This document shows positions 1-8,657 of a stretch of DNA of 64,000 nucleotides, in pieces. Numbering within the stretch: the stretch's first letter is position 1; every line of letters starts with the position of its first letter. The stretch comes from Dehalococcoidia bacterium (lineage in GTDB: Bacteria; Chloroflexota; Dehalococcoidia; Lucifugimonadales; UBA1127). The notes under the pieces are model-generated. The model was not told the origin of the DNA, searched no databases, and saw only the letters and a list, made by a program, of their open reading frames with translations. The position numbers and the translations under genes are program-made. Location of the stretch: contig DAOUJQ010000013.1 in NCBI GenBank assembly GCA_034422455.1, positions 17,632-81,631 on the forward strand, written 5' to 3'.

Positions 1-484
1 GCTCCATCTTCACGCCGGAGAGGGTCGCAAAACTGCCCTCATAGTCGGCGGTGTCCTCCGTCCACAGCGCCTTCATGACGCGGATGCCCTCTATGAAGCG
101 GGCGACGCGGCGCTCCTCGGCGAGGCCGTAGGCCGGGTACATGCGGGTATTGGTGCCGAGGCCGAGACCGACGGTGAGCCGGCCTTCGCTCAGGTGGTCG
201 AGGGTGCCGATGGCTTTGGCGAACTGCACGGGGTTGCGCAGCGTGCTCACGAAGACGGATGCGCCGATGCGGATGCGCTGGGTGAGGGCGGCGACGTACG
301 ACAGCAGTCCCACCGGCTCCAGCGACGCGATGATGCCGGTGATCTGCTCGGCGACCCAGAGGTCATCGTAGCCGAGGGCCTCCGCGCGGGCCACGAACCG
401 GCGCACGAGGGCCATGTCGACAGCGCCGTCGGCGAACCCCTGCGGCACCGCGATGCCCAGCTTCACCCCGCTCTTCGTCAGCAT
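1..484 (-). CDS. LLM-class (luciferase-like) flavin/F420-dependent oxidoreductase, C-terminal part outside window
   Basis: Hand translation of the minus strand from ATG 484-482 gives MLTKSGVKLGIAVPQGFADGAVDMALVRRFVARAEALGYDDLWVAEQITG...LDHLSEGRLTVGLGLG. The pattern matches 739-1704 and 35087-35959. It is absent from the ORF track because the window edge cuts it. Confidence 0.75.
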   Translation of the reverse strand, partial: MLTKSGVKLGIAVPQGFADGAVDMALVRRFVARAEALGYDDLWVAEQITGIIASLEPVGLLSYVAALTQRIRIGASVFVSTLRNPVQFAKAIGTLDHLSEGRLTVGLGLGTNTRMYPAYGLAEERRVARFIEGIRVMKALWTEDTADYEGSFATLSGVKME

Positions 485-565
485 AGGCCCTCCTTGTGCG
501 GGGGTGATTGTAGCACGGGGGGAGGGGGGTGACGTCGTGCGGAGTAGGTTATGGACAGGGGTTGT

Positions 566-673
566 CTTCTGGTACCTCATCGAGAGGCACCAGAAGACCC
601 CTTCGACAGGCTCAGGGCGAACGGTCGAATTTGGCGGCGAACGTGGGGGCCCCTGCCTCCGCAGGGGCGACGG
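566..673. repeat. Hairpin-repeat cluster (C-like, D, B')
   Basis: Contains TCTTCTGGT...ACCAGAAGA, CCCCTTCGACAGGCTCAGGGCGAACGG (598-624) and GGCCCCTGCCTCCGCAGGGGCGACGG (648-673). Confidence 0.8.
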
Positions 674-738
674 TGAGTGGGAGGCCCTTCGCGGTTGACC
701 CTGCGTGTTGGCACGGCTAGGCTTCACGTGCTCCCAAA

Positions 739-1704
739 TTGCGCGAGGAGACAGCTGTGGCCCTTGCGAACCAGGCCAAGATCGGCATATCGCTGCCCCA
801 GGCCTTCCCGGACGGGCCGGTGCAGCCGGCGGTGGTCTCGCGGTTTGCCCAGCGCGCCGAGGACCTGGGCTACCACAGCCTGTGGGTGCAGGACCGGTTC
901 ATGGGGCGGACGACGTGGCTGGAGCCGCTGGGGCTGCTGTCGTTTGCGGCGGGGGTGACGTACGACATCCGGCTGGGCGTCGCGACGATGCCGCTGCCGT
1001 GGCACAACCCGGCGCGGCTGGCTAAATCGCTGGCGTCGCTGGACCAGCTCTCCGGCGGGCGGATGATCGCGGGGCTGTCGCTCGGCGGATATTACGTCAA
1101 CGAGAACCTGCCGGGCACGGCGCCGGAGCGTCGCGTCGCGGCCTTCAACGAGGCGCTGGAGCTAATGCAGCGGCTGTGGACGGAGGAGGACGTCACCATC
1201 GACGGCGCCTTCTGGCCGGTGCGCGACGCTACCCTCGACCCGAAGCCAGTGCAGACGGCGGGCCGCGGGCACATGCCGATCTTCCTCGGCGGCGGGCACC
1301 CCAACGCGATCCGGCGGGCCGTGCGCGTCGCCGACGGGTGGATCGGCGGCAGCTCGACGTCCATCGAGGCGTTCCGCGAGCAGGCGGCGATGGTGCAGGA
1401 CGCGCTGGACGCGGCGGGGCGCGACCGCGCGACCTTCACTATCGCCAAGCGGCAGTTCCTCGCGCTGGACGACAGCGTCGAGCGGGCGACCAAGCGCATG
1501 CGCGACTGGGCGGAGCGCAGCATCATGAACGCGGACCTGGGCGAGCGCGCCAGCCTGCGCGGCCCGAGCGGCGAGGTGGCGGCGGGCCTGCAGGAGATCG
1601 TCGACGCGGGGGCGGACCTGCTGGTGCTGAACCCCGTCGACGACCTGCTGGCGCAGGTGGAGCACCTGGCGCTGGTGATGGGGCTGGAGGACGACGATAG
1701 GTAG
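739..1704 (+). CDS. LLM-class flavin/F420-dependent oxidoreductase
   Basis: ORF track, 321 aa. Contains GYHSLWVQDRFMG...LDQLSGGRMIAGLSLGG, typical of luciferase-like monooxygenases. The true start may lie a few codons downstream. Confidence 0.85.
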   Translation: MREETAVALANQAKIGISLPQAFPDGPVQPAVVSRFAQRAEDLGYHSLWVQDRFMGRTTWLEPLGLLSFAAGVTYDIRLGVATMPLPWHNPARLAKSLASLDQLSGGRMIAGLSLGGYYVNENLPGTAPERRVAAFNEALELMQRLWTEEDVTIDGAFWPVRDATLDPKPVQTAGRGHMPIFLGGGHPNAIRRAVRVADGWIGGSSTSIEAFREQAAMVQDALDAAGRDRATFTIAKRQFLALDDSVERATKRMRDWAERSIMNADLGERASLRGPSGEVAAGLQEIVDAGADLLVLNPVDDLLAQVEHLALVMGLEDDDR

Positions 1705-1723
1705 GGTGGGCGCTATCGCGGCC

Positions 1724-1800
1724 CCGTTCATGCTTCGATTTCCCTCAGCACGAACGGTTTCCCCGCCCCTCTGGGTTCCTGCCTGCGCAGGAACGACGAG
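1724..1800. repeat. Modules A + B
   Basis: Contains CCGTTCATGCTTCGATTTCCCTCAGCACGAACGG (1724-1757) and CCCCGCCCCTCTGGGTTCCTGCCTGCGCAGGAACGACGAG (1761-1800). Confidence 0.85.
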
Positions 1801-1834
1801 AGGGTGTGCGACAGGAATTTGGAAGGAGGACACC

Positions 1835-2326
1835 ATGCCTGACCTGACACCACTCGCGGAGTCCGTGGGGGCGCTGCTGAAGGAGCGCGGCGAGAAGATC
1901 GCGATTGCCGACTCGTCGGCGGGCGGGCTGATCTCGGCGGCGCTGCTGTCGGTGCCGGGGGCGTCGGCGTACTACCTGGGCGGCATCGTGTCGTACACGG
2001 GGGTGTCGCGGCTGGCGCTGCTGGGGATCTCGGAGGACGACATGGCTCGCGCCGGGATGCGGGCGAGCACAGAGCCGTACGCGGCCCTCATCGCCAAGAC
2101 GCTGCGCGAAAAGATGGGCGCGACGTGGGCGCTCGCGGAGACGGGCGCCAGCGGGCCGACGGGCAACCGCTACGGCGACGACGCGGGGCACGCGTGCTTC
2201 GCCGTCGCCGGCCCCGTGGAGCGCGCGGTCACGCTGGAGACGGGCAGTGCAGACCGGGAGGCGAACATGTGGGCCTTCGCGCGCCGGGCGCTGGAGCTGC
2301 TGGAGGAGTGCGTGCGAGCGGCGTAG
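1835..2326 (+). CDS. CinA-family / PncC-type nicotinamide-nucleotide amidohydrolase domain protein
   Basis: ORF 1706-2326 trimmed to ATG 1835, which follows GGAAGGAGGA; the upstream part of the ORF only translates repeat modules. ADSSAGGLISAALLSVPGASAYYLGGIVSY is the CinA C-terminal domain pattern. Confidence 0.85.
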   Translation: MPDLTPLAESVGALLKERGEKIAIADSSAGGLISAALLSVPGASAYYLGGIVSYTGVSRLALLGISEDDMARAGMRASTEPYAALIAKTLREKMGATWALAETGASGPTGNRYGDDAGHACFAVAGPVERAVTLETGSADREANMWAFARRALELLEECVRAA

Positions 2327-2335
2327 GGGGCGCAT

Positions 2336-2596
2336 CGCCCTTCGATTTCCCTCAGGGCGAACGGAGGGGGGGCGGGCGACGTAGGTCGCGGGGTTTCTGG
2401 ATACCGGCATACGCCGGTATGAGGGGGCGGAGAGACAGAAGAGGGCGGTGGTCACCCCGCCCAGTACCACCCCTCTGGGCCCCTGCCTTCGCAGGGGCGA
2501 CGGGCGCTGTCGCGCCCCCGTTCATCCTTCGATTTCCCTCAGGACGAACGGAGGGGGAGGCGGGTTTGTCGGGGCCCCTGCCTCCGCAGGGGCGAC
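2336..2596. repeat. Densest mosaic: A, C, B', A, B'
   Basis: A lies at 2336-2364, C (GGGTTTCTGGATACCGGCATACGCCGGTATGAGGGGG) at 2391-2427, B' at 2471-2503, A at 2518-2551 and B' at 2572-2596. Confidence 0.85.
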
Positions 2597-2662
2597 AGGG
2601 GGTGCGTTGCCGTCGCCCGACGCCCTGTGTACCCTAGACCCATCCCGCAACAGGAGTGACCT

Positions 2663-3145
2663 ATGGTGAAGAGCGCCGCGAGCACCGTCGAGGAGTACAT
2701 GGCCGAGCTGTCGCCGGAGAGGCGCGAGGCCCTGGGCGTCGTCCGGGACGTCGTGCTGGAGAACCTGCCGGAGGGCTACGAGGAGATCATGGACTTCGGC
2801 ATGATCAGCTACGTCGTGCCGCTGGAGGTGTTCCCGAAGACGTACAACGGGCACCCCTTGATGTACGCCGCGCTGGCCGACCAGAAGAACCACATGGGCC
2901 TCTACCTGATGTGCCTGTACTCCCACCAGGAGAGCCTGCACTGGTTCGAGGAGCGGTACCGGGCCAGCGGCAAGAAGCTGGACATGGGGAAGTCGTGCGT
3001 GCGCTTCAAGCGGCTCGACGACCTGCCCCTCGACGTGGTGGGCGAGGTCATCGCCAAGACGCCGATGGAGAGCTACATCGCCTTCTACGAGGAGGCCCGG
3101 GCAGCGTACACGCCGCGGAAGCGTGCGCAGGCGAAAGCGAATTAG
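2663..3145 (+). CDS. DUF1801 (YdhG-like) domain protein
   Basis: ORF track, 160 aa. Contains STVEEYMAELSPERREALGVVRDVVLENLPEGYEE...MISY, typical of DUF1801. Confidence 0.75.
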   Translation: MVKSAASTVEEYMAELSPERREALGVVRDVVLENLPEGYEEIMDFGMISYVVPLEVFPKTYNGHPLMYAALADQKNHMGLYLMCLYSHQESLHWFEERYRASGKKLDMGKSCVRFKRLDDLPLDVVGEVIAKTPMESYIAFYEEARAAYTPRKRAQAKAN

Positions 3146-3147
3146 AG

Positions 3148-3182
3148 GCGTTCACCCTTCGATTTCCCTCAGGGCGAACGGG
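3148..3182. repeat. Module A
   Basis: GCGTTCACCCTTCGATTTCCCTCAGGGCGAACGG. Confidence 0.8.
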
Positions 3183-3211
3183 GGAACCCGGAGTGGTCAG
3201 CGAGGAGCGAC

Positions 3212-3520
3212 ATGCACATCCTGTTTGTGACCATCAACATGAAGCCGGAGCACCGCGAGCGGTACCTGGAGGAGATGCTCCTGAACGCGAAGGGCGCTCG
3301 CGAGGACGAGCCGGGCTGCCTGCGCTTCGACGTGGTGCAGGACGCCAACGACCCGAACACCATCCACCTGTACGAGGTCTACACGGACGAGGCGGCGTTC
3401 CAGGCGCACACGTCGGCGCCCCACTTCCTGCGCATGCGGGAAACGACGGCCGACTGGCGCGCGGGGCAGTCGGTGCACATGGGGACGAATTTGGCGCCGT
3501 CGGATGCGGAGTGGGGGTAG
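3212..3520 (+). CDS. Antibiotic-biosynthesis-monooxygenase (ABM/YgiN-like) family protein
   Basis: ORF track, 102 aa. Contains CLRFDVVQDANDPNTIHLYEVYTDEAAFQAHTSAPHF, a ferredoxin-like ABM domain signature. Confidence 0.8.
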   Translation: MHILFVTINMKPEHRERYLEEMLLNAKGAREDEPGCLRFDVVQDANDPNTIHLYEVYTDEAAFQAHTSAPHFLRMRETTADWRAGQSVHMGTNLAPSDAEWG

Positions 3521-3545
3521 GGGGAAGGTTAAGGCCGTTGAACGC

Positions 3546-3657
3546 GGGGTTCCTGGTTACCGGCATGCGCCGGTATGAAGGGTTGAGGGCGAATGGCTTC
3601 GGGAGCGACCCCGCCCACGCCCCGCCCCTCTGGGTTCCTGCCTGCGCAGGAACGACG
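3546..3657. repeat. Modules C + B
   Basis: GGGGTTCCTGGTTACCGGCATGCGCCGGTATGAAGGG (3546-3582) and CCCCGCCCCTCTGGGTTCCTGCCTGCGCAGGAACGACG (3620-3657). Confidence 0.85.
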
Positions 3658-3700
3658 ATTGGATTTGTGGGAACAAGTATGTTATGACAAGGAGAGTGTC

Positions 3701-4252
3701 ATGCCACGGGTGAAGCTGTTGACGGAGAAGACGGACGTTGGTGAGGACCAGCACGGAGAAATTGACGCGATTATCGAGACGCTGAACCGCGTCAGGGGGC
3801 CGTTCGGCGTGCTGCTGTACAGCCCGGGGCTGGCGCAGAAGGTCATGGAGGCCGGCGCGCACGTCCGCCTGAAGTCCACCCTGTCGATGGTCGAGCGCGA
3901 GCTGTGCATCATCGCCGTCTCCCGCGAGAAGGACGCGCGGTACGAGTGGGCGTCGCACGTCGCGACCGGCCGCCGCCACGGCATACGCGAGGAGGCCATC
4001 GAGGCCGTGCGCAACCGCGAGTCTGTCGACGGGCTGGAGCAGGACGAGCAGGACATCATCACCTACGTCCGCCAGCTCCTGCAGACCAACAAGGTGGAGC
4101 AGTCGCTGTTCGACTCGCTGGTCGAGCGCAAGGGCACACGCTGGCTGGTCGAGCTGACGGGCACCATCGGCCAGTACCAGTACATTTCGGCCATCAACAA
4201 CGCGTTCGACCTGCAGCCGGCTGAGGACGCCGACCAGCTTCCGGTGCCGTAG
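3701..4252 (+). CDS. Carboxymuconolactone decarboxylase (AhpD-like) family protein
   Basis: ORF 3593-4252 trimmed to ATG 3701 (MPRVKLL); the upstream part translates repeat modules. RELCIIAVSREKDARYEWASH matches the CMD-family helix pattern. Confidence 0.7.
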   Translation: MPRVKLLTEKTDVGEDQHGEIDAIIETLNRVRGPFGVLLYSPGLAQKVMEAGAHVRLKSTLSMVERELCIIAVSREKDARYEWASHVATGRRHGIREEAIEAVRNRESVDGLEQDEQDIITYVRQLLQTNKVEQSLFDSLVERKGTRWLVELTGTIGQYQYISAINNAFDLQPAEDADQLPVP

Positions 4253-4259
4253 CGCGTCG

Positions 4260-4670
4260 ATGGAAGCGCAGCGAGGGCAGTTCGCGGAGGGGCCGCTGCA
4301 GACGGAGTCGCTGTACACGCGCGTCGGGGGCATCCCGTACTTCACGGAGTTGGTGGAGCGCTTCTACGCGAGGGTGGAGGCCGACCCGGTCCTGCGTCCC
4401 ATCTACCCGGAGGACCTGGAGCCGGGGAAGCACAACCTCGCCATGTTCCTGGTGCAGCTGTGGGGCGGGCCGCCGTACTTCGCGATGGAGCGCGGCAGGC
4501 CGATGCTGCGCATGCGGCACCTGCCCTTCGCCATCGGGCAGGCCGAGCGCGACGCGTGGTTCACGCACATGCGCGACTGCGTGCTGGAGTCGGGCTGCGA
4601 CGAGGGCGACACGGCCATCCTCATCGACTATTTCGACAAGGCGTCCCAGTTCATGATCAACAAGGAGTAG
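4260..4670 (+). CDS. Group II truncated hemoglobin (GlbO-like)
   Basis: ORF track, 136 aa. Contains LYTRVGG...FYARVEADPVLRPIYPEDLEPGKHNLAMFLVQLWGGPPYF...RGRPMLRMRHLPF, the trHbO signature. Confidence 0.85.
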   Translation: MEAQRGQFAEGPLQTESLYTRVGGIPYFTELVERFYARVEADPVLRPIYPEDLEPGKHNLAMFLVQLWGGPPYFAMERGRPMLRMRHLPFAIGQAERDAWFTHMRDCVLESGCDEGDTAILIDYFDKASQFMINKE

Positions 4671-4681
4671 GGGCGGCGGCC

Positions 4682-4773
4682 CCGGTTCACCCTTCGATTT
4701 CCCTCAGGGCGAACGGGGGTCAGCCCCGCCCGCGCCCCGCCCCTCTGGGTTCCTGCCTGCGCAGGAACGACGG
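4682..4773. repeat. Modules A + B
   Basis: A lies at 4682-4716 and B at 4735-4773, ending 4 nt before the tam stop codon. Confidence 0.85.
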
Positions 4774-4777
4774 AGAA

Positions 4778-5554
4778 CTACCGGACGGCGACCATGAAGA
4801 TACGGCGGAAGGGGAAGATGGTTTTGCCGTCGGCCTGCTTGGGGTAGTGCGGGGCGACGCGTCGGCTGTACTCCTCGACGAATGCGGCGCGCTCGTCGTC
4901 GGTCAGGGGATCGAGGAGCGGGCGCAACGATGACCCGGACGTCCACGCGACGATGGGGTTGTCGCCCTCCAGCTGCTGGTGGTAGGTGGTCTCCCAGATG
5001 TTCAGGTAGCTGACCAGCGGGCGCAGGATGGCGTAGTACTCCTGCGAGGTCAGCACCGGGACGCCGCGCAGCAGCGGCGCAACGCGGTCGCGCCATGCCG
5101 GGTTCTGTGCCGTGTCCGACATGCTCGTGTGGCTGGGCTCGCGCCAGTTGTTGGGCACCTGGATCGCGAGCGCGCCGCCGGGCTTCACCGCCTCCACGAC
5201 GCGCGGCAGCAGCGTTTCGTGGTCGTCCAGCCACTGGAAGACGGCGTTGGAGTAGACGACGTCGCCGAGGGCTTCCGGCCGCCACGCCGTCAGGTCCGCC
5301 TCCACCCACTCGATGTCGCCGTGCTCGCTGCGGGCGCGCTCCAGCATGTCGGGCGAGCCGTCGACGCCGACGACCCTCGCGCCGGGCCAGCGGCGCTTCA
5401 GGTGGACGGTCGCGGTGCCGGGCCCGCAGCCGAGGTCGTACACCAGCCCCGGCCGGTCGATGGGCACCTGCGCCAGCAGGTCGAGGGCGGGCCGCAGCCG
5501 CTCGTTACCGAAGCTCAGGTAGACCTCTGCGTTCCAGTCGCTTGTGCTTGTCAT
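4778..5554 (-). CDS. tam: Trans-aconitate 2-methyltransferase-like SAM-dependent methyltransferase
   Basis: ORF 4778-5647 trimmed to ATG 5554 (MTSTSDWNAEVYLSFGNERLRPALDLL...VYDLGCGPG), which resembles a Tam-like N-terminus with SAM motif I. Confidence 0.8.
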   Translation of the reverse strand: MTSTSDWNAEVYLSFGNERLRPALDLLAQVPIDRPGLVYDLGCGPGTATVHLKRRWPGARVVGVDGSPDMLERARSEHGDIEWVEADLTAWRPEALGDVVYSNAVFQWLDDHETLLPRVVEAVKPGGALAIQVPNNWREPSHTSMSDTAQNPAWRDRVAPLLRGVPVLTSQEYYAILRPLVSYLNIWETTYHQQLEGDNPIVAWTSGSSLRPLLDPLTDDERAAFVEEYSRRVAPHYPKQADGKTIFPFRRIFMVAVR

Positions 5555-5693
5555 GGCGGGTATTGTAGCGGTTTTGCCGCATCGACGCGCAAGGATGCAC
5601 CACAACATCTGGCGCACGTTAATTGGAGGAAGACGTAGGGTTTCCACCGATGCCTAAACCCCGAATCTTGAACAATTGCTAGCAGTTTTATGA

Positions 5694-5722
5694 TTGACCA
5701 GGTGACTCTCGAGTGCTACAGT
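5694..5722 (+). promoter_or_regulatory. Sigma70-like promoter (TTGACC-17-TACAGT)
   Basis: TTGACC lies at 5694-5699 and TACAGT at 5717-5722 with a 17-nt spacer, just upstream of the 5745 gene in an AT-richer stretch. Confidence 0.5.
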
Positions 5723-5744
5723 TTGAGTGGAGTCGCTTACATTA

Positions 5745-6092
5745 ATGGACTTTTCACAGTCATATTGGCACCTTGCGGTCTTTGCCGTATTATTCTTTGC
5801 CGGGCTGGTCCTGGTGGTATGGCAGGCTGGAGAGAAGGCATCCCAGTTTGCCCTTGCCAATAACGTCATTCAAGAGATGGGCGCGGTCGTTGTTGTTTCG
5901 GCCGCCGTGGCAATCCTGAGCGTGGACGGTGCAAAGATGTTTGCTGAATCGTTTCTGCAGAAAAGATACCAGGATGGTCTGCAGGCTGGTCTGAAGGCGG
6001 GTGAGCGCAGGATCTTGGACACCCTTGTTAAGGAGCGCGTGATCACCGACGAACAGCGCAGGCAGATCGAGTCGGAGCGCAAAGAGAAGTAA
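5745..6092 (+). CDS. Hypothetical membrane protein (two hydrophobic segments, charged C-terminal tail)
   Basis: ORF 5727-6092, with the start moved to ATG 5745 because the predicted promoter would leave no leader for GTG 5727. I recognise no family. The region is AT-richer than its neighbours. Confidence 0.5.
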   Translation: MDFSQSYWHLAVFAVLFFAGLVLVVWQAGEKASQFALANNVIQEMGAVVVVSAAVAILSVDGAKMFAESFLQKRYQDGLQAGLKAGERRILDTLVKERVITDEQRRQIESERKEK

Positions 6093-6191
6093 GGCTCCGC
6101 TTCCACCCTGCGAGGAACCACGAGCGCCGTTGGCAGCTCGGACTGCCGGCGGCGCTTTTGTTATGACCCCCTACGCATGGGGCACTGCGCA

Positions 6192-6226
6192 CCTCTGGAT
6201 ACCGACATGCGCCGCTATGACGATGG
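6192..6226. repeat. Degenerate module C next to tRNA-Gly
   Basis: CTCTGGATACCGACATGCGCCGCTATGACGATGG. Confidence 0.55.
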
Positions 6227-6234
6227 CAGGTGGA

Positions 6235-6309
6235 TGGAGCGGGCGATGGGAGTTGAACCCACGACAACCTGCTTGGAAGGCAGGGGCTCTGCCGCTGAGC
6301 TACGCCCGC
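6235..6309 (-). tRNA. tRNA-Gly (anticodon UCC), CCA encoded
   Basis: The reverse complement reads GCGGGCGTAGCTCAGCGGCAGAGCCCCTGCCTTCCAAGCAGGTTGTCGTGGGTTCAACTCCCATCGCCCGCTCCA. It has a cloverleaf, anticodon loop CTTCCAA and T-loop GGTTCAACTCC. Confidence 0.92.
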
Positions 6310-6359
6310 TCGCAGCTATGTACCGGAGGGCGTTCCGGCCCTCACAGGCCGTGTATCGC

Positions 6360-6614
6360 CTAGAACCGCGGTTCCCTCGGCCGGGCCTCGTTGACGGTCA
6401 GCACGCGGCCGCCCATCTCCTGGCCGTTGAGCGCGTTGATCGCTGACTGCGCCGCGCCGCTCTCCGGCATCTCCACGAACCCGAACCCCTTGGACCGGCC
6501 AGTGTCCCGGTCCCGGATAATCGTCACGGATTCAACATCGCCGTGCCGGCGAAACACCTCTTCAATTTCCTCTTCCGTCGATGAGTACGGCAAATTGCCC
6601 AGATAGATCCTCAA
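6360..6614 (-). CDS. RNA-binding protein with RRM domain
   Basis: ORF track, 84 aa. Has RNP-2 IYLGNL and RNP-1 KGFGFVEM. Confidence 0.9.
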   Translation of the reverse strand: MRIYLGNLPYSSTEEEIEEVFRRHGDVESVTIIRDRDTGRSKGFGFVEMPESGAAQSAINALNGQEMGGRVLTVNEARPREPRF

Positions 6615-6719
6615 CCCTGTCTCCTTCTGCTGTTGGGTGCAACCCGGAAATGTGTCCAGGGGCTATACAACCCCCACCCTCAAGTATAGACGGTTCATAC
6701 GGAACGTCTAGGGGCCGAC

Positions 6720-7202
6720 TCATGCACTTGTCGTCGCATTCAGGTAATCGTGCAGGAGGTCCAGCGCGGCCTCCGCAGCGGCCCTGCGCGTTTGGTCCCG
6801 GTCGCCGGCGAAGTGGTGCGTAGTCACGGCGCGATGCCCGCCGGCGGTTGCGATGCCGACGTAGAACAGCCCGACCGGCTTGGTCTCCGTCGCGCCGCCG
6901 GGCCCGGCGATGCCGGTGTTCGACAGGCCGACGTCGGCGTGCATCGCCAGCCGTGCGCCCTCCGCCATCGCAGCCGCGACGGCCTCGCTGACGGCGCCGC
7001 CCGCGAACGCGGCTTCCGGCACGCCGAGCTGCTCCATCTTGGCCTCGTTGGAGTAGGCCGTCACGCCGCCGAGGAAGTACTGAGACGCGCCCGGCGGCGA
7101 GGAGAGCAGGTAGCTGAGCAACCCGCCCGTCGCGGACTCGCCGACGGCCACGGTGAGGCCTCGGGCTGCGAGGTCGGTCGCGAGCTGGTGCAGGTCCGCC
7201 AT
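6720..7202 (-). CDS. CinA-family / PncC-type nicotinamide-nucleotide amidohydrolase (second paralog)
   Basis: ORF 6720-7442 trimmed to ATG 7202 (MADLHQLATDLAARGLTVAVGESATGGLLSYLLSSPPGASQYFLGGVTAYSNEAK). It is paralogous to 1835-2326. Confidence 0.85.
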   Translation of the reverse strand: MADLHQLATDLAARGLTVAVGESATGGLLSYLLSSPPGASQYFLGGVTAYSNEAKMEQLGVPEAAFAGGAVSEAVAAAMAEGARLAMHADVGLSNTGIAGPGGATETKPVGLFYVGIATAGGHRAVTTHHFAGDRDQTRRAAAEAALDLLHDYLNATTSA

Positions 7203-7440
7203 GGGGGTATTGTAGACGGCGGAGTCGGTCGCACCCAAGCCATTCACCCTGCCACAGCCCCCTTGCCCCTGCGCCTTCGCCCTCGCTACCCTTCCCACAT
7301 GAATGCACTGCCCCGTCACCCGAAACCCATCACGGCGGCAACATTTGCGGTCATCCCCAGCTACGAGAATCGCCCGATTCGAACGCGCCGCGTTTTGGGG
7401 ACGATTCCGTATCTGCGCGCCGCCGCCTCGGATAGGAGCC

Positions 7441-7667
7441 ATTTCCCTTTTTTCGCTTTTTCTTCGTTTCCGTATCTGAGTTGTTCCCTTTCAGCTACGA
7501 GTCGATTTGGGGAATCGACCAGGTTGCAGATACGGTTCGATTTTGCGAACTTGCGCGCCGCAACAGTTGAAGACCTCGGGCTGTGGTTGCTTTGCGTGGG
7601 CGAAAGACGGACCCGTTGACCGGGCCCACCGGGCGGGCCAGGCCCCTGCCTGCGCAGGGGCGACGAG
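7441..7667. repeat. Degenerate E/F-related mosaic plus B'
   Basis: It shares GTTGCAGATAC, CTGAGTTG, GTTGAAG and GGCTGTGGTTG strings with elements E and F. B' (GGCCCCTGCCTGCGCAGGGGCGACGAG) lies at 7641-7667. Confidence 0.45.
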
Positions 7668-7713
7668 GGGGGTGTTGGGCTATAATGGCCCCAAGACCAC
7701 CCAAGAGGCGAGC

Positions 7714-8469
7714 ATGGACCTGGTGTTTGAGCGAGGGGAAGCGTCGGCCCCCAGGGGGCACGCCCTTCTGTACTTCCGGGAGATCGGCGGCGAGGGCAAG
7801 CTGTACGCCACCTACGTCGTCGTGCTGCCCATCGCCATCGACCTGGTCAAGTACATGCCGCCCTTCCTCGCCAACCAGATCCCGCAGGTGAACGCGCAGG
7901 AGATGTCCGCCTTCGCCTTCCCTCCCATGCCGGAGGCGGCGGCGGGCCACGCGCAGCTCGAGTCGCTGGCGGCCGCCCGCGGCGACGACCTCCTCTACGG
8001 CGGCGACATCTCGCCGTCGCAGGTGCAGGACATGCTCGTGCGCGTCAACGACCTGACGCAGGAGTACGCCGAGCGCTACCACAGCACGATGCAGCACGCG
8101 GCGCCGGTGGAGGAGCCGTCTACGCCGGAGGGCCTCCCCGGCCACGGCGTCAACGAGGTGCTCTTCGAGCTGATGAGCGACCGCGACCGGCTGGGCGAGC
8201 TCTCGAAGCTCACGGGCCGGCTGCGCTTCGCCGTCGAGGGCAACGACACGCGGCAGGTGCAGGAGGCGGAGGACGAGGTGCAGGTGCTGTCGCGCTACCT
8301 GCCGCAGCGGTACCAGATCGACGACCTGCTGCGGGCCGCCAAGGACCCCACGCGCAACGGCGGGGACCTGGCACAGCTCTACCTCGAACGGTGCTACAAG
8401 CTGGCGGACGAGGACTACCCGAGCCTGCAGGGGATAGAGGAGCGGATTCGGCAGCTGGAAGCGGGGTAG
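7714..8469 (+). CDS. Hypothetical protein
   Basis: ORF 7507-8469 trimmed to ATG 7714 (MDLVFERGEASAPRGHALLYF). Codon usage resembles the neighbouring genes. I recognise no family. Confidence 0.6.
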   Translation: MDLVFERGEASAPRGHALLYFREIGGEGKLYATYVVVLPIAIDLVKYMPPFLANQIPQVNAQEMSAFAFPPMPEAAAGHAQLESLAAARGDDLLYGGDISPSQVQDMLVRVNDLTQEYAERYHSTMQHAAPVEEPSTPEGLPGHGVNEVLFELMSDRDRLGELSKLTGRLRFAVEGNDTRQVQEAEDEVQVLSRYLPQRYQIDDLLRAAKDPTRNGGDLAQLYLERCYKLADEDYPSLQGIEERIRQLEAG

Positions 8470-8474
8470 GGGAT

Positions 8475-8520
8475 CGCCGGTATGAGGGGTTGAGGGCGAC
8501 CCTTCGACAATCTTCAGAGC
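8475..8520. repeat. Partial C + D-like
   Basis: CGCCGGTATGAGGGG followed by CGACCCTTCGACAATCTTCAGAGC. Confidence 0.55.
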
Positions 8521-8657
8521 CTGCCCCGCGCTTGATACGGGGGTGAACGGACTCCCGGCCCCGTTGACGCGCAACACCCATCGCATTACCCTGCTATCGT
8601 CCGTTGCTGTGTCCTGCGCAACCGCCGGACGCGGCTACAACAACAAGGAGGAGTTGA

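Noticed and set aside
2336-2596. CRISPR array.
   Set aside because: The repeats are of several different types, irregularly spaced, individually palindromic and dispersed over the whole window. No cas genes are present.
2125-2669. ORFs translating repeat mosaics (peptides such as PFDFPQGERG, PLWVPACAGTT, GFWIPAYAGMRG), here and at about 20 other sites.
   Set aside because: The same nucleotide modules occur in both orientations and in different frames. Conservation follows hairpin pairing rather than codon structure.
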